Source: a virus. From it: a DNA stretch of 64,000 nt. Shown here in pieces: positions 54,143 through 63,035 of the stretch. The notes beneath the pieces were generated by a model. It worked only from the letters and a program-made list of their open reading frames with translations, was not told the origin of the DNA and made no database searches. Each line of letters opens with the position of its first letter. Position 1 is the stretch's first letter. The position numbers and the translations under genes were made by a program. The DNA is taken from the IMG/VR virus record IMGVR_UViG_3300043137_000281. One strand, 5' to 3'.

Positions 54143-54775
54143 TTATAACCCCATTTTAAATCCTAAATTATTTGCCATCTCTATTATTTTCAATGCTCGG
54201 TTGTCATTTGATAGATCGATATCTTTGCCATCATATATTTTATTTGGAGTTGGAATAATATTCCCCCCCGAAATAGAGACAACATCTTCCATTGCAATTA
54301 CAATATTATTGGTTTTTTTGTGATGTAGTTGATAATGGCGCAATAAATTCAAGATACTCTGATACATATTTTCTTTTATTTTCTTTATCATGGAATCAAA
54401 TTCGCCAGCATCTATCTCAATAATATCCTCATCTGGCAACCATGCCCATTTATCAGTAATAGTTGCAATAATCAAAGATTTTAATTGTTTAGAAATACTA
54501 TTTCTATATAAAAAAACTTTATGGTGTTCAAATTCTTCAACTAATTCATGTAATTTATCGTAAGTGTTACTTCTTATTTTTATTGCAAACGGCTGGTTGT
54601 TGCTCAATTCTGTTCGTATAAATTTTTCAGGAGCATAACAATAAAAATCTAAATTGCTAGGATGCAATTCGGCAAATTCTACATTATAACCCTGGTTGCG
54701 CAAAACACTTCTTAGATATGTAGAGCCAACTCTCGCATCACCGTAGATGAAATAATTTTTATGTTCAAAAATCAC
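54143..54775 (-). CDS. Stf0-like sulfotransferase (putative)
   Basis: YFIYGDARVGSTYLRSVL resembles the Stf0 PAPS-binding motif (RSGST.L). A later RNSISKQLKS (3'-PB-like) is also present. Confidence 0.4.
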   Translation of the reverse strand: MIFEHKNYFIYGDARVGSTYLRSVLRNQGYNVEFAELHPSNLDFYCYAPEKFIRTELSNNQPFAIKIRSNTYDKLHELVEEFEHHKVFLYRNSISKQLKSLIIATITDKWAWLPDEDIIEIDAGEFDSMIKKIKENMYQSILNLLRHYQLHHKKTNNIVIAMEDVVSISGGNIIPTPNKIYDGKDIDLSNDNRALKIIEMANNLGFKMGL

Positions 54776-55106
54776 CTGGTCTCCAGTCTGGCAACTTTAA
54801 TTCTTTCAAGTGCGATAGTCGTAGTCGAACATTCCACATGTCATTGATGCATCGGTCATCAAAACGATATTCCCACTGTAGAATATGTTCAACTGCTTTT
54901 GCGTGAGATTTGCTGCCATATTCAGCAACAACTTCTTTACGCATTTCGCCTTCATAGTTAGTCACATATGAGGAACTACCGAAATACTTTTCGAATAGTT
55001 TATCTGTCTTACATGAATACCCAATATAATATTTGCCGTCGTCGAAGTAAGTGCAATAGACTCTATGCACCTTCTTCGGCAACGGCTTCTTTTTCTTAAT
55101 AACCAT
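54765..55106 (-). CDS. Stand-alone GIY-YIG nuclease-domain protein
   Basis: VYCTYFDDGKYYIGYS contains the GIY...YIG spacing. Located next to nrdB, a classical homing-endonuclease position. Confidence 0.45.
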   Translation of the reverse strand: MVIKKKKPLPKKVHRVYCTYFDDGKYYIGYSCKTDKLFEKYFGSSSYVTNYEGEMRKEVVAEYGSKSHAKAVEHILQWEYRFDDRCINDMWNVRLRLSHLKELKLPDWRPGDF

Positions 55107-55287
55107 AAGTTCACTCCGAAGTGTGAACTATTTATTCGTCCTCGTCCCAGTCATCCCAGTTGAGGCCGTCTTCTTCCTCAATCTTGGTGCCACAAAAAGG
55201 ACAGTATTTTATTTTATAGTATTCTGTGTCATTATCATGTGCTACCTCAAATATGGCATCACATGAAAAGCATTCTAGTTCTTCCAT

Positions 55288-56277
55288 TTACGCAGCAACT
55301 CCCCAAACATCATCCCATTTACCCGAGAGAGCGCCCTTAGCATAGTCAGTTGCACGATTTTCAAAGAAGTTTGTATGCGTTGGAGCATTGATCATTTCTT
55401 CGACCCAAGGTAGTGGATTCTTCTTGACTTTAAAAATACCCTTTAGACCTAGACTAATCAATCTACGGTCACAAATGTAGCGAATATACTTTTTAACATC
55501 TGCTTCTGTCAAATCTTGCATCTCGCCCATTGAGAATGAAAGTTCGATAAACTTATCTTCCAATTCTACCATTTTCTCTGCAATAGTATAGATTTTACCC
55601 TTGAGTTCGTCGTTCCAGAGTTCTCGGTTTTCTTCTACATATGAACGGAACAACTTAATCATTGACTCGGCATGTTGTGTTTCATCAACAATAGACCAAG
55701 TAACAATCTGTCCCATACCCTTCATCTTTCCATGACGGGGAAAGTTTAGAAGCATGATGAAGGATGAGAACAGTTGCATACCCTCAGTGAATGCACTAAA
55801 TGCGGCGATATTAGTGGCGATAGTTTCGGGCGTTGCGCCCGCATTCGACAGACCTAAGAAATAATCATGCTTTGCTTTCATGGAATCATACTCAAGAAAT
55901 TCTTGATATGTCGTTTCAGGCATACCCAGAGTTTCAATAAGATGTGAGTAGGCTGCGACATGCAACGCTTCTCTAGCAGCAAAACCCATCAGCATCATAC
56001 GGATTTCAGGCTGAGGAAAATATGGCAGGTAGTTGTTCACATAACCGCCAGCAACATCGATATCACCCTGTGTAAAGAAACGAAAAATATTAGTGAGAAA
56101 GTGCTTCTCACCATCAGTAAGTCTCTTCTTCCAGTCTTGCACATCTTCTACCATTGGCACTTCTGTGTGCAACCAATGTGACTGTTCGTGTTTTAACCAT
56201 GCATCATATGCCCACGGGTAATTGAATGGTTTAAAATAAGAACGTTCATCCATAAGAGTAATCGAGGTTTTTGTCAT
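55288..56277 (-). CDS. nrdB: Ribonucleotide reductase small (beta) subunit, class Ia
   Basis: Ferritin-like di-iron ligands ...FAAREALHVAAYSHLIE... and the overall R2 pattern. Confidence 0.8.
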   Translation of the reverse strand: MTKTSITLMDERSYFKPFNYPWAYDAWLKHEQSHWLHTEVPMVEDVQDWKKRLTDGEKHFLTNIFRFFTQGDIDVAGGYVNNYLPYFPQPEIRMMLMGFAAREALHVAAYSHLIETLGMPETTYQEFLEYDSMKAKHDYFLGLSNAGATPETIATNIAAFSAFTEGMQLFSSFIMLLNFPRHGKMKGMGQIVTWSIVDETQHAESMIKLFRSYVEENRELWNDELKGKIYTIAEKMVELEDKFIELSFSMGEMQDLTEADVKKYIRYICDRRLISLGLKGIFKVKKNPLPWVEEMINAPTHTNFFENRATDYAKGALSGKWDDVWGVAA

Positions 56278-56328
56278 TTAATAGCTTTCCTGTGTGACAT
56301 TTAGTTTAGTCGTAGACATTTGTTTAAA

Positions 56329-56565
56329 TCAATTTTCCACGGCCCATTTGACAAGATCATCATAGCCACCAATATGTTCACCGTTAATCCAGATTTGAGG
56401 AACAGTAGTGACATTGGGGAGTTGCGCCGTAATGTCTTCCCACTGGCAGTCTTTTCCAACTACCATTTCAGTATACTGGATGTCCATACCTGCCATAAAC
56501 TCTTTTGCCTTCACACAATATGGGCAATCTGGTTTCGATACTATCTGTGCAAAAAATTGTGTCAT
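56329..56565 (-). CDS. Glutaredoxin (NrdC/NrdH-like)
   Basis: CPYC active site (SKPDCPYCVKAKEF). Located between nrdA and nrdB. Confidence 0.75.
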   Translation of the reverse strand: MTQFFAQIVSKPDCPYCVKAKEFMAGMDIQYTEMVVGKDCQWEDITAQLPNVTTVPQIWINGEHIGGYDDLVKWAVEN

Positions 56566-56568
56566 TTC

Positions 56569-58368
56569 TTATCCTTCGCAGGCTACACAGGTATCGCCGT
56601 CGATCATTGCTCGGAAGTCAATCTCTTTGATGACTTCTCTTTCAATGCGCTTCGATACCTTGTCTGCCTTACCGATTTTTTCAGAGCGGCAGTAGTATAG
56701 CGTTTTTAACCCTTGTTTCCATGCAAGATAATGTACCGCATGAAGATACTTGATATTGGCATCAGGACGGAAGAAAGTATTGAGGGACTGGGCCTGGTCA
56801 ATAAACTTCTGTCGGTCAGCGGCATGTTCAATAACCCACCGCTGGTCTATTTCCATCGATGTCTTATATATCTCTTTCGTGATTTGATCCATCCAAGAAA
56901 GATGTTGAACAGAACCGTCGTTAGCGATAATAGAAGACCAAACTTCGTCATACCAGCCGTCTTTCTGATTTACGGCTTCAAACTTGATGATTCCATCCAG
57001 GTATTTATTCTTATTGAGGAATGAACCCGATAATGTATCTTGACGATATGCATTTGCTCTCCAAGGTTCAATCGATGGAGAAGTATTGCCCATGATGATT
57101 GATGAAGACGCATTCGGCGCAATAGCTTGCATGTGGCTGAAACGACGACCAGTACCAGCAGCATCGGGTGCTTCACCGCGCTCCGTACCGAGTTCTAGAT
57201 TAGCCTCATCTAGCTTCTTCTTGATGAGCTTGAATATCCGCATATTTGTTCCCTTAGCAACCGCGGATTCCCATGCAATACCCTTACGCTGGAGATATGC
57301 GTGAAAGCCCAGAGCGCCAATACCGATAGAACGTTCACGCTTGGCTGAGTAGATTGCTCTCGAAACTTGCTTTGGTGCATTGTCAATGAAATACTGTAGA
57401 ACGTTGTCTAGCATTTCTGCCATGTCCTTCAGGAACAACGGGTCTTTCGACCATGCATCATAGTATTCCAAGTTGACAGAAGACAAGCAACAAACGGCTG
57501 TGCGCTTTCTATCAGTAGGAAGAATGATTTCCGAGCAAAGATTTGACTGGTGAATTTTTAGTCCAAGGTCTTTCTGGAACTGAGGCATTGCACGGTTCGA
57601 AGTGTCGATGAAGTGAATATATGGTTCACCTGTCATCATTCGAAGTTCGAGAATCTTCTGCCAAAGTTCCTTAGCAGAAACAGTATCACGAATTTCACCA
57701 GACTTGGGATCAGTTAGATTCCAACTATCGTCGGCATCACTATCTGCCATGCAACGTTCGATAATTTCCATGAAGTCATCTGTAATGTTGATACCATGGT
57801 GCAAGTTGAGCGCCCGCATATTTGGATCGCCCGTCGGCTTGCGCATTTCTAGAAAAAGCCCAACATCAGGGTGAGAAATATCCAGATAAGCAGCATAAGA
57901 ACCACGGCGAGTGCGACCTTGACGGTAAGCCATACTAGAAGCATCATAAGTGCGAAGATGAGGCATAACGCCAGTAGACTTATCATCTGCGGCGCGAATG
58001 CCAAAACCAATACCAACGCCACCCCCAAGCATAGACAGCCAATTGGTTTCTGAAAGATTGTCAACTAGTCCCTCCGCAGTATCGTCAATGAAGTTTAGAA
58101 AGCAACTGATTGGCATTCCGCGCTTGGAACGACCAAACGAAAGAATGGGAGTTGCATACGAAAGCCAATGCTTTGACGCATACTCATACAGGCGCTGGGC
58201 GTGTTCTGGATTAGAACCGAAAGTTTTAGATACAAAAGCAAATCTATGCTGCGGAGATGTTTCATCATCCCGCATATACGATTCCTGTAGTCGCTGAATA
58301 CCTAGCTTATCAAACAGGTTGTCGCGTGATAAATCAATTTCAATTCCGAGATAGTTTTCTTTTGCCAT
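56569..58368 (-). CDS. nrdA: Ribonucleotide reductase large (alpha) subunit, class Ia
   Basis: 599 aa ORF containing ...SNLCSEI... and C-terminal Cys/Tyr motifs. Adjacent to grx-nrdB. Confidence 0.8.
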   Translation of the reverse strand: MAKENYLGIEIDLSRDNLFDKLGIQRLQESYMRDDETSPQHRFAFVSKTFGSNPEHAQRLYEYASKHWLSYATPILSFGRSKRGMPISCFLNFIDDTAEGLVDNLSETNWLSMLGGGVGIGFGIRAADDKSTGVMPHLRTYDASSMAYRQGRTRRGSYAAYLDISHPDVGLFLEMRKPTGDPNMRALNLHHGINITDDFMEIIERCMADSDADDSWNLTDPKSGEIRDTVSAKELWQKILELRMMTGEPYIHFIDTSNRAMPQFQKDLGLKIHQSNLCSEIILPTDRKRTAVCCLSSVNLEYYDAWSKDPLFLKDMAEMLDNVLQYFIDNAPKQVSRAIYSAKRERSIGIGALGFHAYLQRKGIAWESAVAKGTNMRIFKLIKKKLDEANLELGTERGEAPDAAGTGRRFSHMQAIAPNASSSIIMGNTSPSIEPWRANAYRQDTLSGSFLNKNKYLDGIIKFEAVNQKDGWYDEVWSSIIANDGSVQHLSWMDQITKEIYKTSMEIDQRWVIEHAADRQKFIDQAQSLNTFFRPDANIKYLHAVHYLAWKQGLKTLYYCRSEKIGKADKVSKRIEREVIKEIDFRAMIDGDTCVACEG

Positions 58369-58911
58369 TTATAGACCCTGATCTTTCAAAACTTTTTCGA
58401 TGTTTGGCTTAAAGTAAGTATCTGGCTTTAGAATCTTACCGTCTGCCCGCTTCTTAATCTTTCCGCCCTCGGAAACCTTACTCATATTCGACGCACGGAC
58501 TTCTTCCCATACAGCATCAAAGTTGATGCCTAGTGTGGTAAACAAACCCTTGACGACCCATACTAGGTCTGCGCCGCCGTCAGCAACATCACCGATGTGG
58601 CGACGAAGAAATCCATCACAAAGTTCACGGAATTCCTCGTCAATTAGATCAATATATAGCTTGGCTTGAGCCTCATTATTTTCATTTAGATGTGGAGTAG
58701 CACCGATATACTGGTCGGCTGCGGCCATAAACTGTTCGACATCATTTTGATAATTAGCATTCTTCTTAGTCAATGTATAACTCCCATCTTCATTTTCTTC
58801 CCAAATTATTGTGTCGCCGGGCTTCCAACCGGTCTCTTCTTCTAGTCCATCCCAAGCGATATAATGTTCGTCTGAAACTGCATCATATTGAACTGTAACT
58901 GTTTCTGGCAT
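58369..58911 (-). CDS. MazG-like nucleoside-triphosphate pyrophosphohydrolase (with N-terminal extension)
   Basis: EEFRELCDGFLRRHIGDVADGGADLVWVVKGL matches the MazG EExxE/ELGDxLW core. Confidence 0.55.
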   Translation of the reverse strand: MPETVTVQYDAVSDEHYIAWDGLEEETGWKPGDTIIWEENEDGSYTLTKKNANYQNDVEQFMAAADQYIGATPHLNENNEAQAKLYIDLIDEEFRELCDGFLRRHIGDVADGGADLVWVVKGLFTTLGINFDAVWEEVRASNMSKVSEGGKIKKRADGKILKPDTYFKPNIEKVLKDQGL

Positions 58912-59614
58912 TTTTCGCTTCCTCTAGAATGTTGAACTTTGGTTCCCAACCATAACTTTTTAGTATGGATATATCTGCATGTGTCTCTTGTCTTTCACCG
59001 AAGACTTCTTTTATTGGAACATCACGATATCCATATGCATTGGCAACATCAATTACTGATACTGGATCACCAGAACCAATATCTAACTTACACGAAATTC
59101 TCGTGTCTGTCAAGATAATTTTCATTGCCGACACAACATCTTCAACATGTGTCCAGTCTCGCTTGTGGTCTGTCAGATATTCTACTTTGTTGTTTAGCAT
59201 CATATCATAAAACATATCGGGTCTGGAATCTGGTCCATAAACAGTGTGAAATCTCATGCCCACTGAATATTTCGGGGCTAGTTCTTCCATAGCTTTTTTA
59301 CTGGTGGCATACGGATTCTTCCACCACTCATATACGGAGGAAGATGATGCATAGACGCAACGGAGATTTAGTCTATTACATTCATCGAAAACTTTCTTCG
59401 AACCAGCAACATTTACATCCCAGTATTCTTCTGGATTATCCCAACTCTTTCTAACGCCAGCAAGGGCTGCTAGATGAAGAACTGCAAAATAATATTCGGA
59501 GATTTTGAAATCTCTGATATCACCTTGATATGGAATTACTTCAAAATCTTCTGATAGAATACGCACAGCATTTCTGCCAATGAATCCTTCGTGTCCGGTA
59601 ACTAGAATGCGCAT
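58883..59614 (-). CDS. NAD-dependent epimerase/dehydratase (SDR superfamily)
   Basis: N-terminal Rossmann motif MRILVTGHEGFIGRN. Confidence 0.6.
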   Translation of the reverse strand: MRILVTGHEGFIGRNAVRILSEDFEVIPYQGDIRDFKISEYYFAVLHLAALAGVRKSWDNPEEYWDVNVAGSKKVFDECNRLNLRCVYASSSSVYEWWKNPYATSKKAMEELAPKYSVGMRFHTVYGPDSRPDMFYDMMLNNKVEYLTDHKRDWTHVEDVVSAMKIILTDTRISCKLDIGSGDPVSVIDVANAYGYRDVPIKEVFGERQETHADISILKSYGWEPKFNILEEAKNARNSYSSI

Positions 59615-59699
59615 TATTTTCCACCCGACTTTTTTGGGTCAAAATTTTGGAGCGAAAAAAATTGGGTCTCCCGGTTTTGAAAAAGTTTCCAGATTTTGG

Positions 59700-60404
59700 T
59701 CAAGGTAGTTTTCTCTCGAACTCAGCCCGTGCTGCCATACTATCAAGTGCCGCCTTTACATCAGGGAAGTGGTGACTGATAATATCCCAGCACTGTTCTG
59801 CAACGATGCGGTGTTCTTTCTGAGTTGCCTTATCCATACGGAGTTCGCAGTAGTGAACCCACGAGCGAAGAGAACCGGACATAATCATCACAGATTCAGT
59901 ATTGCCTTCCGGAAGCACTGCACGAGCCTGTTCCTTAGCGATACCATTACGAATAGCCCATTCATACGCCTCGGTAGCAGATTCAATATTATATTGCTGA
60001 ATCATATTCCATTCTTCGGCCAGTCGGTTTTCGTCGGGTCCCAACTCGACCGAGTTTTGCCTGTTCTTGGCATCCTGTAAACGTGCTTCTCGCTTGACAA
60101 ATCCAAGGTCTTTAGTCGGGTCTGCATATCTCTGCGAAAATTCTTGGAAGGAAAAAGATCGATGGCGAAGGATTTGACGAGCGATATCACGAGTCGTTTT
60201 AATTTCCATTGATACATGAATCATCTCCAAAGGTGACCAATGTTTGTTCTTGATAAGATATTGAACTAACTTTGGTGCTGTTGTGGTGTTGTTTTGATTA
60301 CTGGGATTAGATACTCTTGCTGCCCATGCAACCAGTTCATTAGCAGTATTACATTCTGTATAAGCACTCGGTTTTGTAAGACCGACTAGATTTACTTCAC
60401 TCAT
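59700..60404 (-). CDS. thyX: Flavin-dependent thymidylate synthase
   Basis: RHRSFSFQEFSQRY is the ThyX signature RHRxxSxxxxSxR. Confidence 0.8.
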   Translation of the reverse strand: MSEVNLVGLTKPSAYTECNTANELVAWAARVSNPSNQNNTTTAPKLVQYLIKNKHWSPLEMIHVSMEIKTTRDIARQILRHRSFSFQEFSQRYADPTKDLGFVKREARLQDAKNRQNSVELGPDENRLAEEWNMIQQYNIESATEAYEWAIRNGIAKEQARAVLPEGNTESVMIMSGSLRSWVHYCELRMDKATQKEHRIVAEQCWDIISHHFPDVKAALDSMAARAEFERKLP

Positions 60405-60421
60405 TAAAATAGGTCCTTCGA

Positions 60422-60961
60422 TTAATAGCCCAATATTTCGTATTCTTTTTTAAGAAATTCTAAACAGAAATTTCTTTCTTCGGGAGATATATCTATGTGA
60501 ATAGGATTTACATTCTCCCTAGGCAATTCAAAATTTTCAATTTCTAGATACTCACCTAGAGAGGATAAATCTTCTAGTTTGAATACTCTTATGTTCCCAG
60601 TAACAGAATTTTCTATCCATGATAACTGCGAATCATAAAAGTTAGACAGAAAAGGTCTAGTGTAATGCTCTCTCATTCTTTGACAGAAATTTGAGAATGT
60701 GCCAAATTTACTAGGATTATTTCCATATTTAAACACACTGATTAGTCTATTCAGAGGCTCCCTAACTATCACAAATTCTTTATAGTCTCCTGGCAAACTT
60801 ACAAATTTTTTTGCGTGTGTTTGGTTGATATTAATAGGGTCAAAATTTTGTTTTAATACCATAACAGGTTCAGAATGCTCGGCCAGAGCAAGTCTAATAG
60901 AAGTACCAGCAGTTTTAGGTATATGAAAAAACATAAACCTCTTGCTATGAGAAAGTAACAT
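60422..60961 (-). CDS. Sulfotransferase (Sulfotransfer_2-like)
   Basis: FFHIPKTAGTS (5'-PSB) and VIVREPLNRLIS (3'-PB) motifs. Confidence 0.55.
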   Translation of the reverse strand: MLLSHSKRFMFFHIPKTAGTSIRLALAEHSEPVMVLKQNFDPININQTHAKKFVSLPGDYKEFVIVREPLNRLISVFKYGNNPSKFGTFSNFCQRMREHYTRPFLSNFYDSQLSWIENSVTGNIRVFKLEDLSSLGEYLEIENFELPRENVNPIHIDISPEERNFCLEFLKKEYEILGY

Positions 60962-61239
60962 TATTCTACACTGAATTCCTTGACGGTCTGGAACTGTGCC
61001 TTGCTTACGAAACCAATACCCAATAGAGTATCTACGCGATCGGTTGCGTCGGCATAATCTGCATATCTACCATCATCGAACCACCACCAGCGGTCAAGAC
61101 CAAGAAACCAGCGAGGCTCTCGACGGTATTCAACCAACCACATATCGTCTGTTCGATGAATACGCAATTTTGTAATCTTAATATGGCGTATCTCTACACC
61201 ATATTCATTAGCGACAAGTTCGCTCATATCTTCCTCCAC
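60961..61239 (-). CDS. Hypothetical protein
   Basis: 92 aa ORF. Confidence 0.35.
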   Translation of the reverse strand: MEEDMSELVANEYGVEIRHIKITKLRIHRTDDMWLVEYRREPRWFLGLDRWWWFDDGRYADYADATDRVDTLLGIGFVSKAQFQTVKEFSVE

Positions 61240-62264
61240 ATGGCGTATCTCGCCTTTGCTGCCAGTCCTTGAAAAGTATTATCATTTATAATACTATGGA
61301 TTTCACCAGAAGTCAACCCATTTTCAATCATCTCATTAATATCTTTACCGGGAACACTGTCTGGCCAGATTACCATCTTATATCCCATCTCTATATACTT
61401 ATTCATCAACTTACCGACTTCTCGGTTTTTAGGTTGATTATCAAAAATAATTGTTATTTTTTCTTTTTGTATCGGGAGTTGGTCGATTTTTCCGAATGAT
61501 GTTCCAGCACAAGCAATAGAATTGTCCAGAAAAAGGGAGTCAAGGGGCCCTTCGACAACAAGAATTTCTTTGCTAGGATCGACCTGATCCAAACCAAAAA
61601 TAGAAGGCGCATCTTCATCTACCTTAACATTAATATAACGTAGCGACTCGCCTCTGATTCCGCGAAGGCTAACAACAAGGAGTTTACCAGAGCCATCAAA
61701 AAAAGGAATCGCGAGCCGCGGCTCGGTGGTAATGATGGAGTCTTTGTATTTAGCATTAAGTTGTATGATGTCTTTAACATTAGGTATGAAATACAACCGA
61801 CTAAAAGCATCGCGAGGGATTTTGCGGTCAGTAACATAATGAATTACCTCATGGTCGTCTGGTAGTGTGTCAAGTCGATCCATAATCTGGTCGATGAGTT
61901 TAGGGTCTGGCTTCTTAGTGAATACCGGTGGTGAAAAATCTAGAACGTCTTGAATTTTCTTGTGTGACTTTGCAGGTCCAACCTTAGCAGTGTCAGCATA
62001 TCGCTGGATTACATACTGCTTGTATTGATTGTCATCAAACTGCTTTAGAAACGCGCCGAACCCCATAGATACACCACAGTTATGGCACTTGTAGTTCAAG
62101 TCGTTCTTACCCAAGAAGAAATAACCTCGGGCCTTTCTCTTGTTGCGCGAGGAGTCACCGCAGATGGGACACCTGCAGTTCCAAAGGTCATTAGATTTTT
62201 TCTTGAAGTTCTCCAGACGATACGAAATGGCATGGAGAAACTGAATGTCAATATATGCGCTCAT
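61224..62264 (-). CDS. DNA primase (T4 gp61-like: zinc ribbon + Toprim)
   Basis: N-terminal zinc ribbon CRCPICGDS...CHNCG. Toprim-like VVEGPLDSLFL and FDNQPKNRE. Confidence 0.65.
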   Translation of the reverse strand: MSAYIDIQFLHAISYRLENFKKKSNDLWNCRCPICGDSSRNKRKARGYFFLGKNDLNYKCHNCGVSMGFGAFLKQFDDNQYKQYVIQRYADTAKVGPAKSHKKIQDVLDFSPPVFTKKPDPKLIDQIMDRLDTLPDDHEVIHYVTDRKIPRDAFSRLYFIPNVKDIIQLNAKYKDSIITTEPRLAIPFFDGSGKLLVVSLRGIRGESLRYINVKVDEDAPSIFGLDQVDPSKEILVVEGPLDSLFLDNSIACAGTSFGKIDQLPIQKEKITIIFDNQPKNREVGKLMNKYIEMGYKMVIWPDSVPGKDINEMIENGLTSGEIHSIINDNTFQGLAAKARYAMWRKI

Positions 62265-62305
62265 AGATTTAACTATACACCATTAGCTGGTGTATGTCAA
62301 CCCTT

Positions 62306-62770
62306 TTAGAAGAACTTCATCACCAGAGGTAATATTTTTGTGATAATAGCACCGACTACTATGCCGCCACCTATCATGACATACTTGGTTTTTTCCAATT
62401 TGTCAATACGTTCTTTATGTTTTTCTTCTTCTTTCTCGACCGATTTTTTAAGATCGCCGATAGCACTGAGAAGTTTATCTTCGGTGGTTTGAATTTTTGC
62501 TTCAAGTTCCCGAGTAGTAGTGGTGATACGCGAATGTAACTCGGCGTTACTTGCCTTAGTTTCTTGTCTATGCACTTCTAAACTCGTATAGATGTCTTCG
62601 TTGACATTTTCTTGTAACTCCAGTTTAGTGTCATGCACAGCCAGCATTTTGTTGATACAGTTGGAGACATCGCCGATCTTTTCAATCGCCACATCAAGGC
62701 GACCGAATACGACCTGAACTTGCTTCAAGTCATTTTCCAGAATGGCGACTTTGGTCTCCAACGTATCCAT
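62306..62770 (-). CDS. Coiled-coil protein with C-terminal transmembrane anchor (lysis-associated?)
   Basis: Heptad-rich sequence. C-terminal YVMIGGGIVVGAIITKILPLVMKFF. Confidence 0.4.
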   Translation of the reverse strand: MDTLETKVAILENDLKQVQVVFGRLDVAIEKIGDVSNCINKMLAVHDTKLELQENVNEDIYTSLEVHRQETKASNAELHSRITTTTRELEAKIQTTEDKLLSAIGDLKKSVEKEEEKHKERIDKLEKTKYVMIGGGIVVGAIITKILPLVMKFF

Positions 62771-62771
62771 T

Positions 62772-63032
62772 TTACTTCTTCTTTGGACCAGAGCGTTTCT
62801 TGCCCTTAGCCGCAGCTACAACATCTTTCGATTGCTTTACTGCTTCCTTGACAGCTACAACCACATCGGCAGCTTCTGTCTTAACCGCTTCCACTCTTGC
62901 TTTGACATCGGCTACGGCCGCATCAGCCTTTGCTTTTGCTACATCCGCATCGGCGGTGTCTAGTTTTCCATCCTTGTTTACATCTAGGAATGGAAGATAT
63001 TTTAATAGAAATACTTTAAGTTGGTCGAACAT
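62772..63032 (-). CDS. Small Ala/Lys-rich protein with EF-hand-like calcium-binding loop
   Basis: DVNKDGKLDTAD (DxNxDGxxD). Confidence 0.35.
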   Translation of the reverse strand: MFDQLKVFLLKYLPFLDVNKDGKLDTADADVAKAKADAAVADVKARVEAVKTEAADVVVAVKEAVKQSKDVVAAAKGKKRSGPKKK

Positions 63033-63035
63033 GGT

